DNA of 64,000 bases from an uncultured Planctomycetota bacterium (lineage in GTDB: Bacteria; Planctomycetota; Planctomycetia; Isosphaerales; Isosphaeraceae), in NCBI GenBank assembly GCA_963737655.1, contig CAVTTN010000002.1, positions 3,520,001-3,584,000 on the forward strand, written 5' to 3'. Both the position numbers and the translations under genes were made by a program. Shown here in pieces: positions 53,862-64,000 of this stretch (its first letter is position 1; each line of letters opens with the position of its first letter). The notes beneath the pieces were generated by a model. The model ran no database searches, was not told where the DNA came from, and saw only the letters and a program-made list of their open reading frames with translations.

Positions 53862-54192
53862 GCGGCCCTAGCTCAACGGTTAGAGCAGGGGACTCATCAA
53901 TAAATGGTGGCGCCGGTGGGCAACCACCGGACGCGATCCGGGTGAATTGCGGGAAGCCTAAACCGACCCCCCCGGCACGGTAATCCGCAGCCAAGCCTGG
54001 CAGGGCTTCGTTCGCCAGGACGGTTCAGAGACTAGCGGGGTGAGCCCCAACGATAATCCCCGCCCCGAGCGCCCGGCCTCCCCGATCGGACCGCCTGCGA
54101 GTCCCGAAGGGAGGGTGAGATAGTCCGAGCCCCTCGGAAACGGGGGGATGCCTCGAATCCCTTGGTTGCAGGTTCGAATCCTGCGGGCCGCA
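53862..54192 (+). tRNA. tRNA-Ile2 (CAT), intron-containing; exons 53862-53897 and 54156-54192
   Basis: Spliced sequence GCGGCCC TA GCTC AACGGTTA GAGC A GGGGA CTCATAA TCCCT TGGTT GCAGG TTCGAAT CCTGC GGGCCGC A folds into a full cloverleaf. The G1-C72 pair excludes fMet, and the sequence resembles ileX-type tRNAs. CCA is not encoded. Confidence 0.9.
53898..54155 (+). ncRNA. Group I self-splicing intron (258 nt, no ORF)
   Basis: P1 with U.G wobble at the splice site (T53897.G53907); P2 with GCAA loop; P3 CCGGGTG/CGCCCGG; P element GAATTGCGGGAA; Q element AATCCGCAGC; R element GTTCAGAGACTA; S element GAGATAGTCC; P9 with GAAA loop; terminal omega-G at 54155. Confidence 0.92.
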
Positions 54193-54197
54193 CTCCC

Positions 54198-56149
54198 TTG
54201 ACCAAATCCCTAGCCTTCCCAGAATCCCCCAAAGCTCCCCGACGAACTCGGGGATGGGGATGGCTCGTCGTCTTCGCCCTGGCAACCCTCCACGAGGTCG
54301 GAAGCTGGGTGGGCCTGGGGGGTTGGAAAGACCTGTCCAGCCCGTCGCCCATCACCCTCCAGGACCACCCGGTCCACGAGCACAGCCTGGCCATCTCCCC
54401 CACCTTTCTCCGCCGGTCCGGGACCACCGCCGGCTACGACCCCAGCTTCATGGCCGGCTATCCCAAGAGCGTGATTTTCCCCCAGTCCTCGACCCTTTAC
54501 GACGCCACAAGCTTCCTGATCCCCGGGGTGCCCCGGCCGATCCTCCATAAGTGGATTGTTTTCTTCGCCCTGGGGAGCATCCCCTGGGTCGTCGCCCTCG
54601 CGGGAAGCCTCTGGGGGCTTCGAGACGACGCCGTCGCCTGGGCCGTCGCCCTGTTCCTGCTCTATGTCTGGACCAATGGGGGGGATGCCGGCTTCCCCCT
54701 CAATTTTGCCTATTTTGGCATGCTAACTTACCTCCTGGCGGTGCCCGTTTGTCTGGTCGCGACGGCGGCCTACTCCCGATACATGGCACGGGGCGGGATG
54801 GGCCGGTGGTTCGGGGCGATCTTGGCCTCGTTCCTGGCGTTCCTGGTCCACGTCACGGCGCCGATGATCGTGGTTCCGGGGGCGTTGTTGAGCTTCCTGA
54901 CCGCCCTGACCAATCGACAGAAGTTCCCCATCTCACGGTACATCGGCGCGTGGACCGTGCCGATCTTCGCGGTCGCCCTGAACGCGTTTTGGTGGCTTCC
55001 GGGCGTGTGGCTCTGGAAGGTCAAGGGAGACACCGGGTTCGCGTTCGACCACTCGAAGGAAAGCGTCTGGACCCGCCTGGCCCAGATCGTCACGACCGCC
55101 CCGCCGATCCAGGCCGTTCTGGTCGGTGCGGGTCTGGTGGGAATTGTGGTCCTTTGGGCCCGGGACCGGGTGTCTGCGGCCGGTCTGGGCGGGTTCGCTC
55201 TGGCCGGGCTTGCCTGGGGTTACCTCGCCGGCGCCGTCCCGAGCCTGGATGCCCTCCAGCCGGGCCGGCATACCTACGCGCTGTTCGCCGGATTGGCCTT
55301 GCTTGGCGGATTGGGGATTTCGGAGGCGTTGGATCGGCTCTCGACCGGCCGCCCGGCCCTTCGCCTGGTGGCCGCCTTTGGCCTGATCGTGTTCGCGGGC
55401 CGGGTGTTCGGTCCGGACCTGGCGGTTTCGGTCCGCTCTCGCCTGGGCTGGCATGCCGGGCCTGGGGCGAGGCCGTTCGTGGGGAGCGAGCCGACCGATC
55501 AGTTCACTCGGCTGATCGCCTGGATTCGCTCCAACGTCAAGCCGGGTGAGCGGTTGTATTACGAAGAGGCCGGCGGCGAGCCGCTACCGGGCGACCCCGA
55601 ACCGTTCGGCGGCCACCGCTATAGCGGCGTGTTGCCGGAGATGACCGGCGTGGAGGTCATCGGCGGCCCTTATTTGAAAGCCTCGGTCGTCCAGAACTTC
55701 ACCCAGATTGGCAGCGGCCTCCTCTTCGGCAAGCCCGAGTGGACCGTGGAACGGTTCGAGAAATACGCCCGCCTCTATCGGCCGTCGGCGATCGTCTGCT
55801 GGAGCCGTCCGGCCCGCGCCTTCTGCCGAAATCACCCAGATCTCGTATCCGTCAGCTTCGACGACGGCCGAATCCTGGCCGGCACGGTGATCGGGTTCGC
55901 GGGCTCGGCGATCCGGGGACGCTGCGAGGTCTTGGCAAGCCCCGGGCGGCTGGACGTCCGGGGGATGGTGCCCGACCTTGACGGCCTGGTCGTGCTCCGG
56001 TATCACCACGCGCCGGACTTCGGAGCCGTCCGACCGTGACGATCGAGCCGGTCCTCCTGGAAGACGACCCGGCACCGTTCATCGGCCTGAGGCCGACGGG
56101 CGGTTCGAGGGAGACGGTCCTGGACCTGGCGATCCCTCCGGCCCGATAA
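54198..56149 (+). CDS. Multi-pass membrane protein, possible GT-C fold glycosyltransferase; apparent frameshift near 56012
   Basis: DHPVH...YDPSFMAGYPK luminal motif followed by many TM segments. The ORF stops at 56039, but a plausible C-terminus continues in another frame to TAA at 56149. Start uncertain. Confidence 0.6.
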
Positions 56150-56272
56150 GATTAGAGTGATGGGACCACCCGCCGAACCCTCAGGAGGAGGCGCCTCGGC
56201 GAGGTGAGGATCGGAAAATGGGGGCGGGCCGTCCGGATCGGCCGCCCCTCGTCTCCAGGGAAGGAGAAGTCC

Positions 56273-57577
56273 GTGACCAGTCCCGAAGAGGCCCCGAACC
56301 CCGACCGCCACGGGCGGAGGGCGGTCTGGATCGCCTACCTCGTCACCATGATCGGCGCCGGACTGATCTACAAGGACAAGGCGGAGGAGGATCGCTCCGC
56401 GTTCGTCCGCTGGCGCCATCAGGTCCTGGAGATCCGCGAAGGGAAGAACATCTGGGATCGCTATTACTTCCCCAATCCGCCCATCCTCGCGCTGACGGTC
56501 TACCCCCTGATGACCCTTCCCCCGGTCGAGGGGGCGTTGTGCTGGTTCAGCCTCAAGGCGTCGATCGCCGCCCTCTGCATGATGGCGTGCATGAGGATGG
56601 CGAAGCCGCCGTGGCTGAAATTCCCGTCGTGGGCGCAGGCGGCCGTGGTCCTTTTATGCCTCCGGCCGATCATGGGAGACCTGCACCACGGCAACAACAA
56701 TTTGATCATCTTTGGCCTGATCGTGACGACGCTGTGGGCCTGGAGGCGGGGCCTGGACGTGATGGCGGGCCTGGCGCTGGCCCTGGCAATTTGCTACAAG
56801 GTCACTCCCGCCTTGTTTGTCCCTTATTTCATGTACAAACGCTCCTGGAGGACGGTCGGGGCGACGTTCCTGGGGATCGTCCTGTTCCTGCTGGTGGTGC
56901 CGAGCCTGATCCTGGGGCCGACGTTCAACGTCCAGTGCCTGGCGAGCTGGTATCGCCGGATCCTGAGTCCCTACATGGAGAACGGGAGCGGCAGCCCTCA
57001 GGAAGTGAACCAGTCGATGGTCGGCGTAATCTACCGCCTCCTCCTGGAGCCGAAGGCGGCCGGTGAGCACAGCTACGGGACGGCCAAGCTGGATCTGAAC
57101 ATCGCGAGCCTCCCTCAAGGGCTCGTCTCGGTCGTGGCCAAGGGGCTCTCGGTCGTCCTGGTCGGCCTCCTGGCGGTCCTCTGCCGGACGAAGACGACCG
57201 ATCGGAAGGACCCGAGGCTCCTGGGCGAATTCTCCCTGGTCGTCCTCACGATGCTGTTCGTGTCGGAGAGGAGCTGGAAGCACCATTACGTGACGATGGT
57301 GTTGCCGTATACCTACCTGGTCGCCCGGACGCTGGTCCTGCCGGCGGAGAAGCGAGTCCGCTGGATCCTTGCCGGGTCCCTGGCGCTGTCGGCGTTCCTC
57401 ATGGCGTGTACGTCGAGCGAGATCGGCTCGCTACTGGTGAAGCACGGGCACAAGATTGCCCAGTTTTACGGCCTCTTCTTCTGGGCGGGGGTGGTGGCGT
57501 ACGTCGCGACGGCCTGGAGGGTCGCGGCCGAGGCCCGAACCTCCCCCCTGGAGCCGGTTCCGGCCTTGACCTCCTGA
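56273..57577 (+). CDS. Glycosyltransferase family 87 (DUF2029) membrane protein
   Basis: FPNPP, DLHHGNNN, LAICYKVTP, NQS, SWKHHY. Confidence 0.82.
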   Translation: MTSPEEAPNPDRHGRRAVWIAYLVTMIGAGLIYKDKAEEDRSAFVRWRHQVLEIREGKNIWDRYYFPNPPILALTVYPLMTLPPVEGALCWFSLKASIAALCMMACMRMAKPPWLKFPSWAQAAVVLLCLRPIMGDLHHGNNNLIIFGLIVTTLWAWRRGLDVMAGLALALAICYKVTPALFVPYFMYKRSWRTVGATFLGIVLFLLVVPSLILGPTFNVQCLASWYRRILSPYMENGSGSPQEVNQSMVGVIYRLLLEPKAAGEHSYGTAKLDLNIASLPQGLVSVVAKGLSVVLVGLLAVLCRTKTTDRKDPRLLGEFSLVVLTMLFVSERSWKHHYVTMVLPYTYLVARTLVLPAEKRVRWILAGSLALSAFLMACTSSEIGSLLVKHGHKIAQFYGLFFWAGVVAYVATAWRVAAEARTSPLEPVPALTS

Positions 57578-57715
57578 TCCCGGCCGGCGCATTCGGAGGA
57601 ATCGTTCAACTTGGGGCCCTCCCGGCCCGATAATCGGAATAGTCGCGAAGGCAATGGGGTTCGGGCCCCGCCCTTCGCCTCGATCCGATGGTCAGGTCGG
57701 GCCAAGGAGGGCCTC

Positions 57716-58708
57716 ATGAACCCCAATCGCCAGAAGACGCGCCGGCGTCCCCTGTTCCGCATCCAGGCCGAGGCCCTCGAATCCCGGCAGCTGCTCACGG
57801 GAGGGGCCGGCAACACCTTCGCCCTCTCCAAGGCCACGATCCCGACCGCCGGGGGGACCGTCTCGGTCCCGTTCACCATCGAGACCGGCCACTTCACCCT
57901 GCCCCGGAGCGGCCGGCTGACCCTCGGCCTGGATGTGGTGGCCGACAACGGATCGACGGCCTCCCCGCTGATCACCTCGGTTTCGAGCGTCTCGAACCAC
58001 GAGACCGTCTTCTCCCATCCGATGCCGAAATCCCAGACCGCCCAGACTGCCCTGGCCAATGCCTCCCACGCGATCTACCCAACCATTACCCTGAAGGCCA
58101 GGAAGGGGCAGCCGGCGACGGCGACCTATCAGGTCACGGTGGCGGGCGCGAACAGCACCAGCGGGGATATCCTGGTCGGCTTCTTCCTGCCCGGCGACGC
58201 CAACGGCGATGGCAAGGTGGATAAGACGGACATCGCCGCCATCAAGGCCGACAAGGGCCAGAGCGTCTCCGGGACGACCTATACGTTCGACGCCGACACG
58301 AACCGAGACGGCAAGATCGACGCCGCGGACGTGGTCCTGGCCAAGAAGAACCTCGGGGCCGCCACGACGATCACCCCCGCCCTGACGGCCAACCTCGCCC
58401 CGGCCTCGGATACCGGCGCCGCGGACCGGATCACGAACGTCCAGACCGTCCAGTTCACGGGTCAGGCCGCTCCGGGGGCGTCGATCAACTACTCGGAGAT
58501 CAACGGGCTTTCCCCGGGAGGTTCCACAACCGCCGACTCCGGCGGTAATTACAGCGTGAGCCTCCCGCTGGGCCTCGGCACGAACACCTTCCAGGTGACC
58601 TCCAAGGACGCGTTTGGTCAGACCATCCAGGGCCAGATTCAGCCGGTCACCTTCACCACCGACGCCGTCCCCCAGGCGGCTGCGACCAGCACGACGACCA
58701 CGTCGTGA
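57716..58708 (+). CDS. Secreted protein with dockerin type I and Ig-like domains
   Basis: ALESRQLLT, GDANGDGKVDKTD...DTNRDGKIDAAD, SDTG..DRITN. Confidence 0.82.
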   Translation: MNPNRQKTRRRPLFRIQAEALESRQLLTGGAGNTFALSKATIPTAGGTVSVPFTIETGHFTLPRSGRLTLGLDVVADNGSTASPLITSVSSVSNHETVFSHPMPKSQTAQTALANASHAIYPTITLKARKGQPATATYQVTVAGANSTSGDILVGFFLPGDANGDGKVDKTDIAAIKADKGQSVSGTTYTFDADTNRDGKIDAADVVLAKKNLGAATTITPALTANLAPASDTGAADRITNVQTVQFTGQAAPGASINYSEINGLSPGGSTTADSGGNYSVSLPLGLGTNTFQVTSKDAFGQTIQGQIQPVTFTTDAVPQAAATSTTTTS

Positions 58709-58778
58709 GTGTTTGGAACAGGTGAGGGGTTTGAGTCAGCCAGGGAGAAGCGGTGTTTTCGGTCGTCCGCAATCAAGA

Positions 58779-58830
58779 CGATCCCCGGGTCTCCATCCCA
58801 CGAAGACGTGGGGCGGTGACCCGGGGATCG
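58779..58830. terminator. Inverted repeat between convergent genes
   Basis: Perfect 13-bp stem CGATCCCCGGGTC / GACCCGGGGATCG. Confidence 0.5.
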
Positions 58831-58854
58831 ACGTTCCTGGCGGTTCGATTTCGT

Positions 58855-60871
58855 TTACTTCGCGTCGTTCTTGAGCGAAACGGCCTTCTCGCCGTCGTCG
58901 GCGAATGAGATGGGCACGTTCCACACGACGTTATTGACGGTGCAGAACCCGGCCGAGCCCTTCTTGCAGACGAACATGGCCAGGGAGACGCGGAGCTTCA
59001 GGGATTCTCCGGCGGAGGCGGGTTTGGCGAGAGGGACCTCGATGGAGAGCTTCTCTTTGGGCGGGTCGAGCTTCGTCCCGGTCGGGGAGACGGCTTCGCC
59101 AAGCGCCTTGGGGGAGTCGGGGGCTTCGATCAGGTAGATCTCGGGGGCCTCGAGGTTGAGCTTGTACCCCTCGGGGACCGCCAGGGCCAGGTCGAGCGCC
59201 ACCGAGCCTCCCGGGGCGAGCTTCACGACCGGGAGATCGATCGTCTTGGCCCGCGGGAACTTCGGCGCGAGCCTGGGCGAAGGCGGAGGGGTCACCCCTT
59301 CGAGGGTCAGGGTCCGGACCTTCGAGGTCTTCAGGTCCACGGCGCGGATGGCGTGGTTGTTCGTGTCGGCGATGAACAGGGTGGCGGCCGAGGCGCTCAG
59401 GCCGCCGGGCTCGTAGAACTGGGCGGGCGAGTCGGCCGACCCCGAATCGCGGGTGCCCAGGAACGTCTGGACGACCCGGGTGTTCGGGTCGCAGACCTTG
59501 ATCTTGTTGTTGTAAGTATCGGCGATGTAAAGCTTTCCCTCGGCGAAGGCGACGCCCAGGCAGTGCTGGAACTTGGCCTCGGCGGCGCGGCCGTCCACGT
59601 CTCCGAAGTTGAACAGGACGCCTTCGAAGTCGTGGCCGCCGACGAGGGTCGTGACCTTGTGGCCCGGTCCCATCACGATCGACCTCACGCAGGAGCCCTC
59701 GCTATCGGCCACGAACAGGTGCTTGCCGTCGGTGGCCAGGCCGCTGGGCTGGGCGAAGCTGGCATCCGGCGCCGGGCCATCGCCGATGAACTCGCGGGCC
59801 GTCCCGGCGTAGACGCCGATGGTCATGGTCGGCAGGTCGAGTTTCCAGATCTGGTGATCGCCGGCCATGGCGATCGCCAGCGCCTCGTTGCCGGGGAACG
59901 GGGCGATGTCCCACGGGCTGCTCAGGCCGGTCGATTTGGCGGGGGCTTCCTTCGGCTTCTTGTACGACTGTTCGCCGGTCCCCGCGATCGTGGTGACGGT
60001 CCTGGCCTTGAGGTCCACCGATCGGATCGCGTGGCTTTCCGTATCGGCCACAAACAGCGTCTCTCCCTTGAGATACGTCCCCTGAGGGCGGTTGAACTGG
60101 GCCTTGTCGAACGTCCCGTCCACCATCCCGGGCTGACCGTTGCCGATGGTCTCGATGTGCTTGCCCTTGAGGTCGGTCACGACGATCCGGTTGTTGCCGG
60201 TGTCGGAGATGAACAGGCGACGGCCGGGGGCGTCGGCGGTGATCTTGCCGGGGAAGTCCAGGGGGGAGTCGTGCGGCTTCTCGCTCTCGGGCCGGACGAT
60301 GAACGGCCGGGTGTCCAGGTCGCCATCCTTCTTGTGCTTGGCCACGAGCTCGCCGATCACGCGGTCGAGCTGCTCGCGATGCCCTTCGCCCGAGGCCGAG
60401 CCGAGATAATTGCCGTTGGGGTCGATCAGGACGAGGGTCGGCCAGCTCTCGACCCCGTAGCGGCCCCAGAGGGCCTGATTGGCGTCATTGATCACCGGAT
60501 GCTTGATCTTGTATTCGGCGACCTTCTTCTTGAGGTTCTCGGTGTCGCGTTCGGCGGGGAACTTCGGGGTATGGACGCCGATGACGACCAGCTCGTTCTT
60601 GTACTTGTTTTCCAGGTAGGCCAGGTCGGGCAGGACGTGGTGGCAGTTGATGCAGCAGAAGGTCCAGAAGTCGAGCAGGACGATCTTGCCCTTGAGGTCT
60701 TCCAGGTGGATCGGCCCCGCGGCGTTGATCCAGTCGGTCCCGCCTTCGAGCCCCTCCCGGGATTCGCCGGACCTGGGCGAGGGCCGATCGGGAGACGGGA
60801 TTGGCGAGCGACGAGGCCAGGAGCAGGGCCACGCCCATCGAGCGGATCAGACGCGTCTTGGGACGACTCAT
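58855..60871 (-). CDS. Thioredoxin-like + NHL repeat protein (NHLRC2/SOQ1-like); apparent frameshift near 60750-60790
   Basis: LLDFWTFCCINCHHVLP upstream in the main frame; multiple NHL repeats (ISDTGNNRI, ADTYNNKIK); signal peptide in another frame from 60871. Confidence 0.85.
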
Positions 60872-61062
60872 GGAGGATTCCCCTGGATCGGTGGGTGCGA
60901 TCGGCGATCGCCGGGAGGGCCGCCTCTCGATGATTGTATGCAGAAGGCCCGCCTCGGTGCGACGGGCTTCCCCCGCTTGCCCCCGGCCTCCCCTCTTGCT
61001 ACGATCCGCCCGACGTCGGCCGCGGAACGCCGCCCGGATGTGCCCCCTCGCCGAGGACCCGA

Positions 61063-61614
61063 ATGGCCGCCACCGAGACCCGCCTCCGCGACGCCTCGGG
61101 CCTGGCCCTCCTGGTCGAGGACCTCGCCCGACAGATCGCCCAGGGGCGAGACCCGGCCGTCCCGCTCCGCCTGGTCGGGGTGAGGACCCGGGGGGTCCCG
61201 ATCGCCGAGAGGCTCGCCCAGGCGCTGAAGCTCCGTTTCGGAGTCGAGGATTGCCCCGTCGGCGCCGTGGACATCACCCTGTACCGCGACGACCTCGGCC
61301 GGGGGGACCGCTGGCCGGTCCTCCGGGGGACCGAGGTGCCGTTCGGGGTCGAGGGGGCCGAAGTGGTCCTGGTGGACGATGTCCTGTTCACCGGGAGGAC
61401 CGTCCGAGCGGCCCTGAACAGCATCTGCGACCTCGGGCGGCCGGCGAGGGTCCGCCTGGCGGTCCTGGTCGATCGCGGGGGACGCGAGCTGCCGATCTGC
61501 GCCGATTACGTCGGCCTGGAGGTCACGACCGGGCCGACCGACCGTGTCCAGGTGAAGATCGCCCCGATCGACCCGGAAGACGAGGTCCTGCGATCGGCGT
61601 CCGATCCCGAGTGA
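61063..61614 (+). CDS. pyrR: Pyrimidine regulatory protein / uracil phosphoribosyltransferase
   Basis: [35 protein letters not shown]. Confidence 0.93.
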   Translation: MAATETRLRDASGLALLVEDLARQIAQGRDPAVPLRLVGVRTRGVPIAERLAQALKLRFGVEDCPVGAVDITLYRDDLGRGDRWPVLRGTEVPFGVEGAEVVLVDDVLFTGRTVRAALNSICDLGRPARVRLAVLVDRGGRELPICADYVGLEVTTGPTDRVQVKIAPIDPEDEVLRSASDPE

Positions 61615-61645
61615 ACCGACGAACCGACCCTCAAGGAGGCCCTCC

Positions 61646-62608
61646 GTGACCGGCTCCGCGCCCCCGACGGGCCCCTCCGCGTCCCCTCCCTGGACGAAGA
61701 AGCACTTGCTGGGCCTCGAAGACCTCTCGAAGGCCGAAATCCTCCATCTCCTGGACACGGCCGACGCCTTCTCCGAGGTCTCCCGGAGGGATCGCAAGAA
61801 AGTCCCCGCCCTGACCGGCCGGATCGTCTTCAACCTCTTCTTCGAGAACTCCACCCGGACCCGGACCAGCTTCAGCCTGGCCGCCAAGCGGCTCTCGGCC
61901 GACGTCCAGGACTTCTCCGCCGCCGTCTCCAGCCTCTCCAAGGGCGAGACGTTCATCGACACGGCCCGGAACCTCGAAGCGATGGGGGCCGACGTCCTGG
62001 TCGTCCGCCACCCCACGCCCGGCGCCCCCCACTTGCTCGCCAATCACGTCCGCTGCTCGATCCTCAATGCCGGCGACGGCGCCCACGAGCACCCCACCCA
62101 GGGTTTGCTCGATCTCATGACGATCCGCCGGGCCAAGGGCACCATCGAGGGCCTGACCGTCGGCCTGATCGGCGACATCAGCCATTCCCGGGTCGCCCGG
62201 TCCAACATCTGGGGCCTGACCAAGCTCGGGGCCAAGGTGATCCTCTGCGGGCCGCCCACGCTCCTGCCCCGGTCCATGGAACTGCTCGGCTGCGAGGTCG
62301 CCAACAAGCTCGACGACGTCTTGCCCAGGCTGGACGTGGTGAACGTCCTGCGAATCCAGTTCGAACGCGATCACAAGAGCGTTTTTCCATCCATCGCCGA
62401 ATATTTTCGGCTCTACGGGATGAATCGCGAACGGCTGGCCCGCGCCAAGGACGACCTCTTGCTGCTCGCCCCAGGGCCGATCAACCGAGGCGTCGAGCTC
62501 ACGGCCGAGGTCGCCGACGGCCGCCACTCGGCGATCCTCGATCAGGTCACCAACGGGCTGGCCGTGAGGATGGCGGCCCTGTTCCTCGTCAGCGGGGCCA
62601 AAGCGTAG
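61646..62608 (+). CDS. pyrB: Aspartate carbamoyltransferase catalytic subunit
   Basis: [33 protein letters not shown]. Confidence 0.96.
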   Translation: MTGSAPPTGPSASPPWTKKHLLGLEDLSKAEILHLLDTADAFSEVSRRDRKKVPALTGRIVFNLFFENSTRTRTSFSLAAKRLSADVQDFSAAVSSLSKGETFIDTARNLEAMGADVLVVRHPTPGAPHLLANHVRCSILNAGDGAHEHPTQGLLDLMTIRRAKGTIEGLTVGLIGDISHSRVARSNIWGLTKLGAKVILCGPPTLLPRSMELLGCEVANKLDDVLPRLDVVNVLRIQFERDHKSVFPSIAEYFRLYGMNRERLARAKDDLLLLAPGPINRGVELTAEVADGRHSAILDQVTNGLAVRMAALFLVSGAKA

Positions 62609-62751
62609 GGTGCATGCAATGCACCAATCCCGCGCGGGCAAAACCCGCCTTCCGATTCAAAGCGTCTCCAACAGGTGGAGACAAGGGACCTGGGTAAGAA
62701 GAGCGGTTGCGGGCGTCGCCCGCGTGGGTTCGGTGCATGGCATGCACCTAC
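62605..62751. repeat. REP family A composite inverted pair inside the pyr operon
   Basis: GTAGGGTGCATGCAATGCACC ... GGTGCATGGCATGCACCTAC. Confidence 0.85.
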
Positions 62752-62764
62752 AGGAAATCCTCCG

Positions 62765-64000
62765 ATGCGAACGATCGTAATCACCGGGGGCCGGGTGATC
62801 GACCCGAGCCAGAACATCGACCGGATCGCCGACGTCTGGCTGAGCCGGGGGCGCGTCCTCGCCCTGGGCGGCGAGGGTCCGGTCGAGGCCGAGCTGGTGA
62901 TCGAGGCCCAGGGGATGATCGTCTGTCCCGGCCTGATCGATTGCCACGTCCACCTCCGCGAACCCGGCAACGAGGAAGATGAGACGATCGCCACCGGTGC
63001 GGCCTCGGCCCTGGCCGGAGGCGTGACGACCGTGGCGTGCATGCCGAACACCATCCCGGCCCTCGACACCAAGGGGGCGGCCGAATATGTCGTCCTCCAG
63101 GCCAAACGGGCGAGGCAGGCGAACGTCTATCCCGTGGGTGCCGTGTCCAAAGGTCGCAAGGGCGAAGAACTTGCGGAGCTGGGGCAGCTCGTCGAGGGAG
63201 GCGCCGTCGGATTCACGGACGATGGCGCCCCCGTCGCCTCCGCCTCGCTGATGAGGCAGGCCCTGCTCTATTCCAAGATGTTCGACCGGGTAGTCATGCA
63301 GCATTGCCAGGTGCCGGAGCTGACCGTCGGCGGGGTCATGAACGAGGGGTTCGAGTCGATGAGGCTCGGCCTGGGCGGGATGCCGGCGGCGGCCGAGGAC
63401 ATCATGGTGGCCCGGGACATCCGCCTGGCCGAGATCACCGGAGGCCGGCTCCACATCCAGCATATCTCCACGGCTCGATCCGTCGAGCTCGTCCGGGAGG
63501 GCAAGAGGCGAGGCGTCCGCGTGACGGCGGAGGCGTGCCCTCATCACTTCACCCTGACCGACGAATGCCTTCGGACATTCGACGCCAACTTCAAGATGAA
63601 TCCGCCCTTGCGGACCCACGCGGACATCGAGGCGGTGATCGGGGGCCTCCGCGACGGCACCATCGAGGTCCTGGCCACCGACCATGCCCCCCACGCCCGG
63701 GAGAAGAAGATGAGGGAGCTGGACCAGGCCCCGTTCGGGATCGTCGGCCTGGAGACCCTCGTGCCGATCACGATCCAGGCCCTGATCGAGCCCGGCCACC
63801 TGACCTGGCCCGAGGTCATCCGCAAGCTCACGGTGGCCCCGGCGGCCTTGTTGAATTTACAAAAGGGAACGTTGAAACCCGGGGCCGACGCCGACGTGAC
63901 CATCCTCGACCCCGAGGCCCGCTGGACGATCGACCCGGAAGCGTTCCTCTCCAAGAGCAAGAACACGCCGTATGGCGGGCGGGACGTCCGGGGCCGGGCC
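62765..64000 (+). CDS. pyrC: Dihydroorotase (partial, runs off window)
   Basis: Read from DNA: PGLIDCHVHLREPG, MPNT, KMNPPLR, ATDHAPH, APFGIVGLET. Confidence 0.93.
   Translation, partial: MRTIVITGGRVIDPSQNIDRIADVWLSRGRVLALGGEGPVEAELVIEAQGMIVCPGLIDCHVHLREPGNEEDETIATGAASALAGGVTTVACMPNTIPALDTKGAAEYVVLQAKRARQANVYPVGAVSKGRKGEELAELGQLVEGGAVGFTDDGAPVASASLMRQALLYSKMFDRVVMQHCQVPELTVGGVMNEGFESMRLGLGGMPAAAEDIMVARDIRLAEITGGRLHIQHISTARSVELVREGKRRGVRVTAEACPHHFTLTDECLRTFDANFKMNPPLRTHADIEAVIGGLRDGTIEVLATDHAPHAREKKMRELDQAPFGIVGLETLVPITIQALIEPGHLTWPEVIRKLTVAPAALLNLQKGTLKPGADADVTILDPEARWTIDPEAFLSKSKNTPYGGRDVRGRA

Noticed and set aside
53862..54192. tRNA interrupted by a prophage or integrative element, or tRNA-fMet/Met identity
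   Set aside because: No integrase or duplicated att site, and the insert has group I core motifs. G1-C72 pairing excludes fMet, and the sequence resembles Ile2, although elongator Met is not formally excluded.
54162..54197. Membrane protein ORF starting inside the tRNA 3' exon
   Set aside because: The TTG at 54162 lies within tRNA sequence; a start after the tRNA is more plausible.
60872..61062. PyrR-binding attenuator upstream of pyrR
   Set aside because: No ARUCCNGNGAGGYU-like loop or U-tailed terminator seen.

Overview
GC-rich bacterial chromosomal window, most likely Planctomycetota (Isosphaeraceae-like). The evidence is two DUF1559 prepilin-type genes, secreted proteins with the 'LE(S/G)RxL(L/M)' N-terminal motif, and DUF4058. 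It holds about 50 mostly housekeeping CDSs (ilvE, lolD/lolE-like, lysS, leuS, metF, queG, sucC/sucD, pyrR-pyrB-pyrC, maf, Top IB, two Hsp70-like genes). The main non-coding signals are: (1) a tRNA-Ile2(CAT) gene split after the anticodon by a 258-nt group I intron that carries a P7.1-type insertion (IA-like rather than the IC3 type usual in bacterial tRNAs); (2) three families of GTAG-footed REP palindromes in inverted pairs, whose GTAG supplies the TAG stop of five genes; (3) an IS4-type element inserted inside one REP with a 12-bp target duplication; (4) tandem Fur-box-like operators ahead of a DUF1559 gene. A coupled hypothetical + HEPN (RNxxxH) gene pair is a candidate toxin-antitoxin module. 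About ten small apparent frameshifts, including in essential leuS, are most likely assembly indel errors. All family assignments come from motif recognition by eye; no database searches were run.
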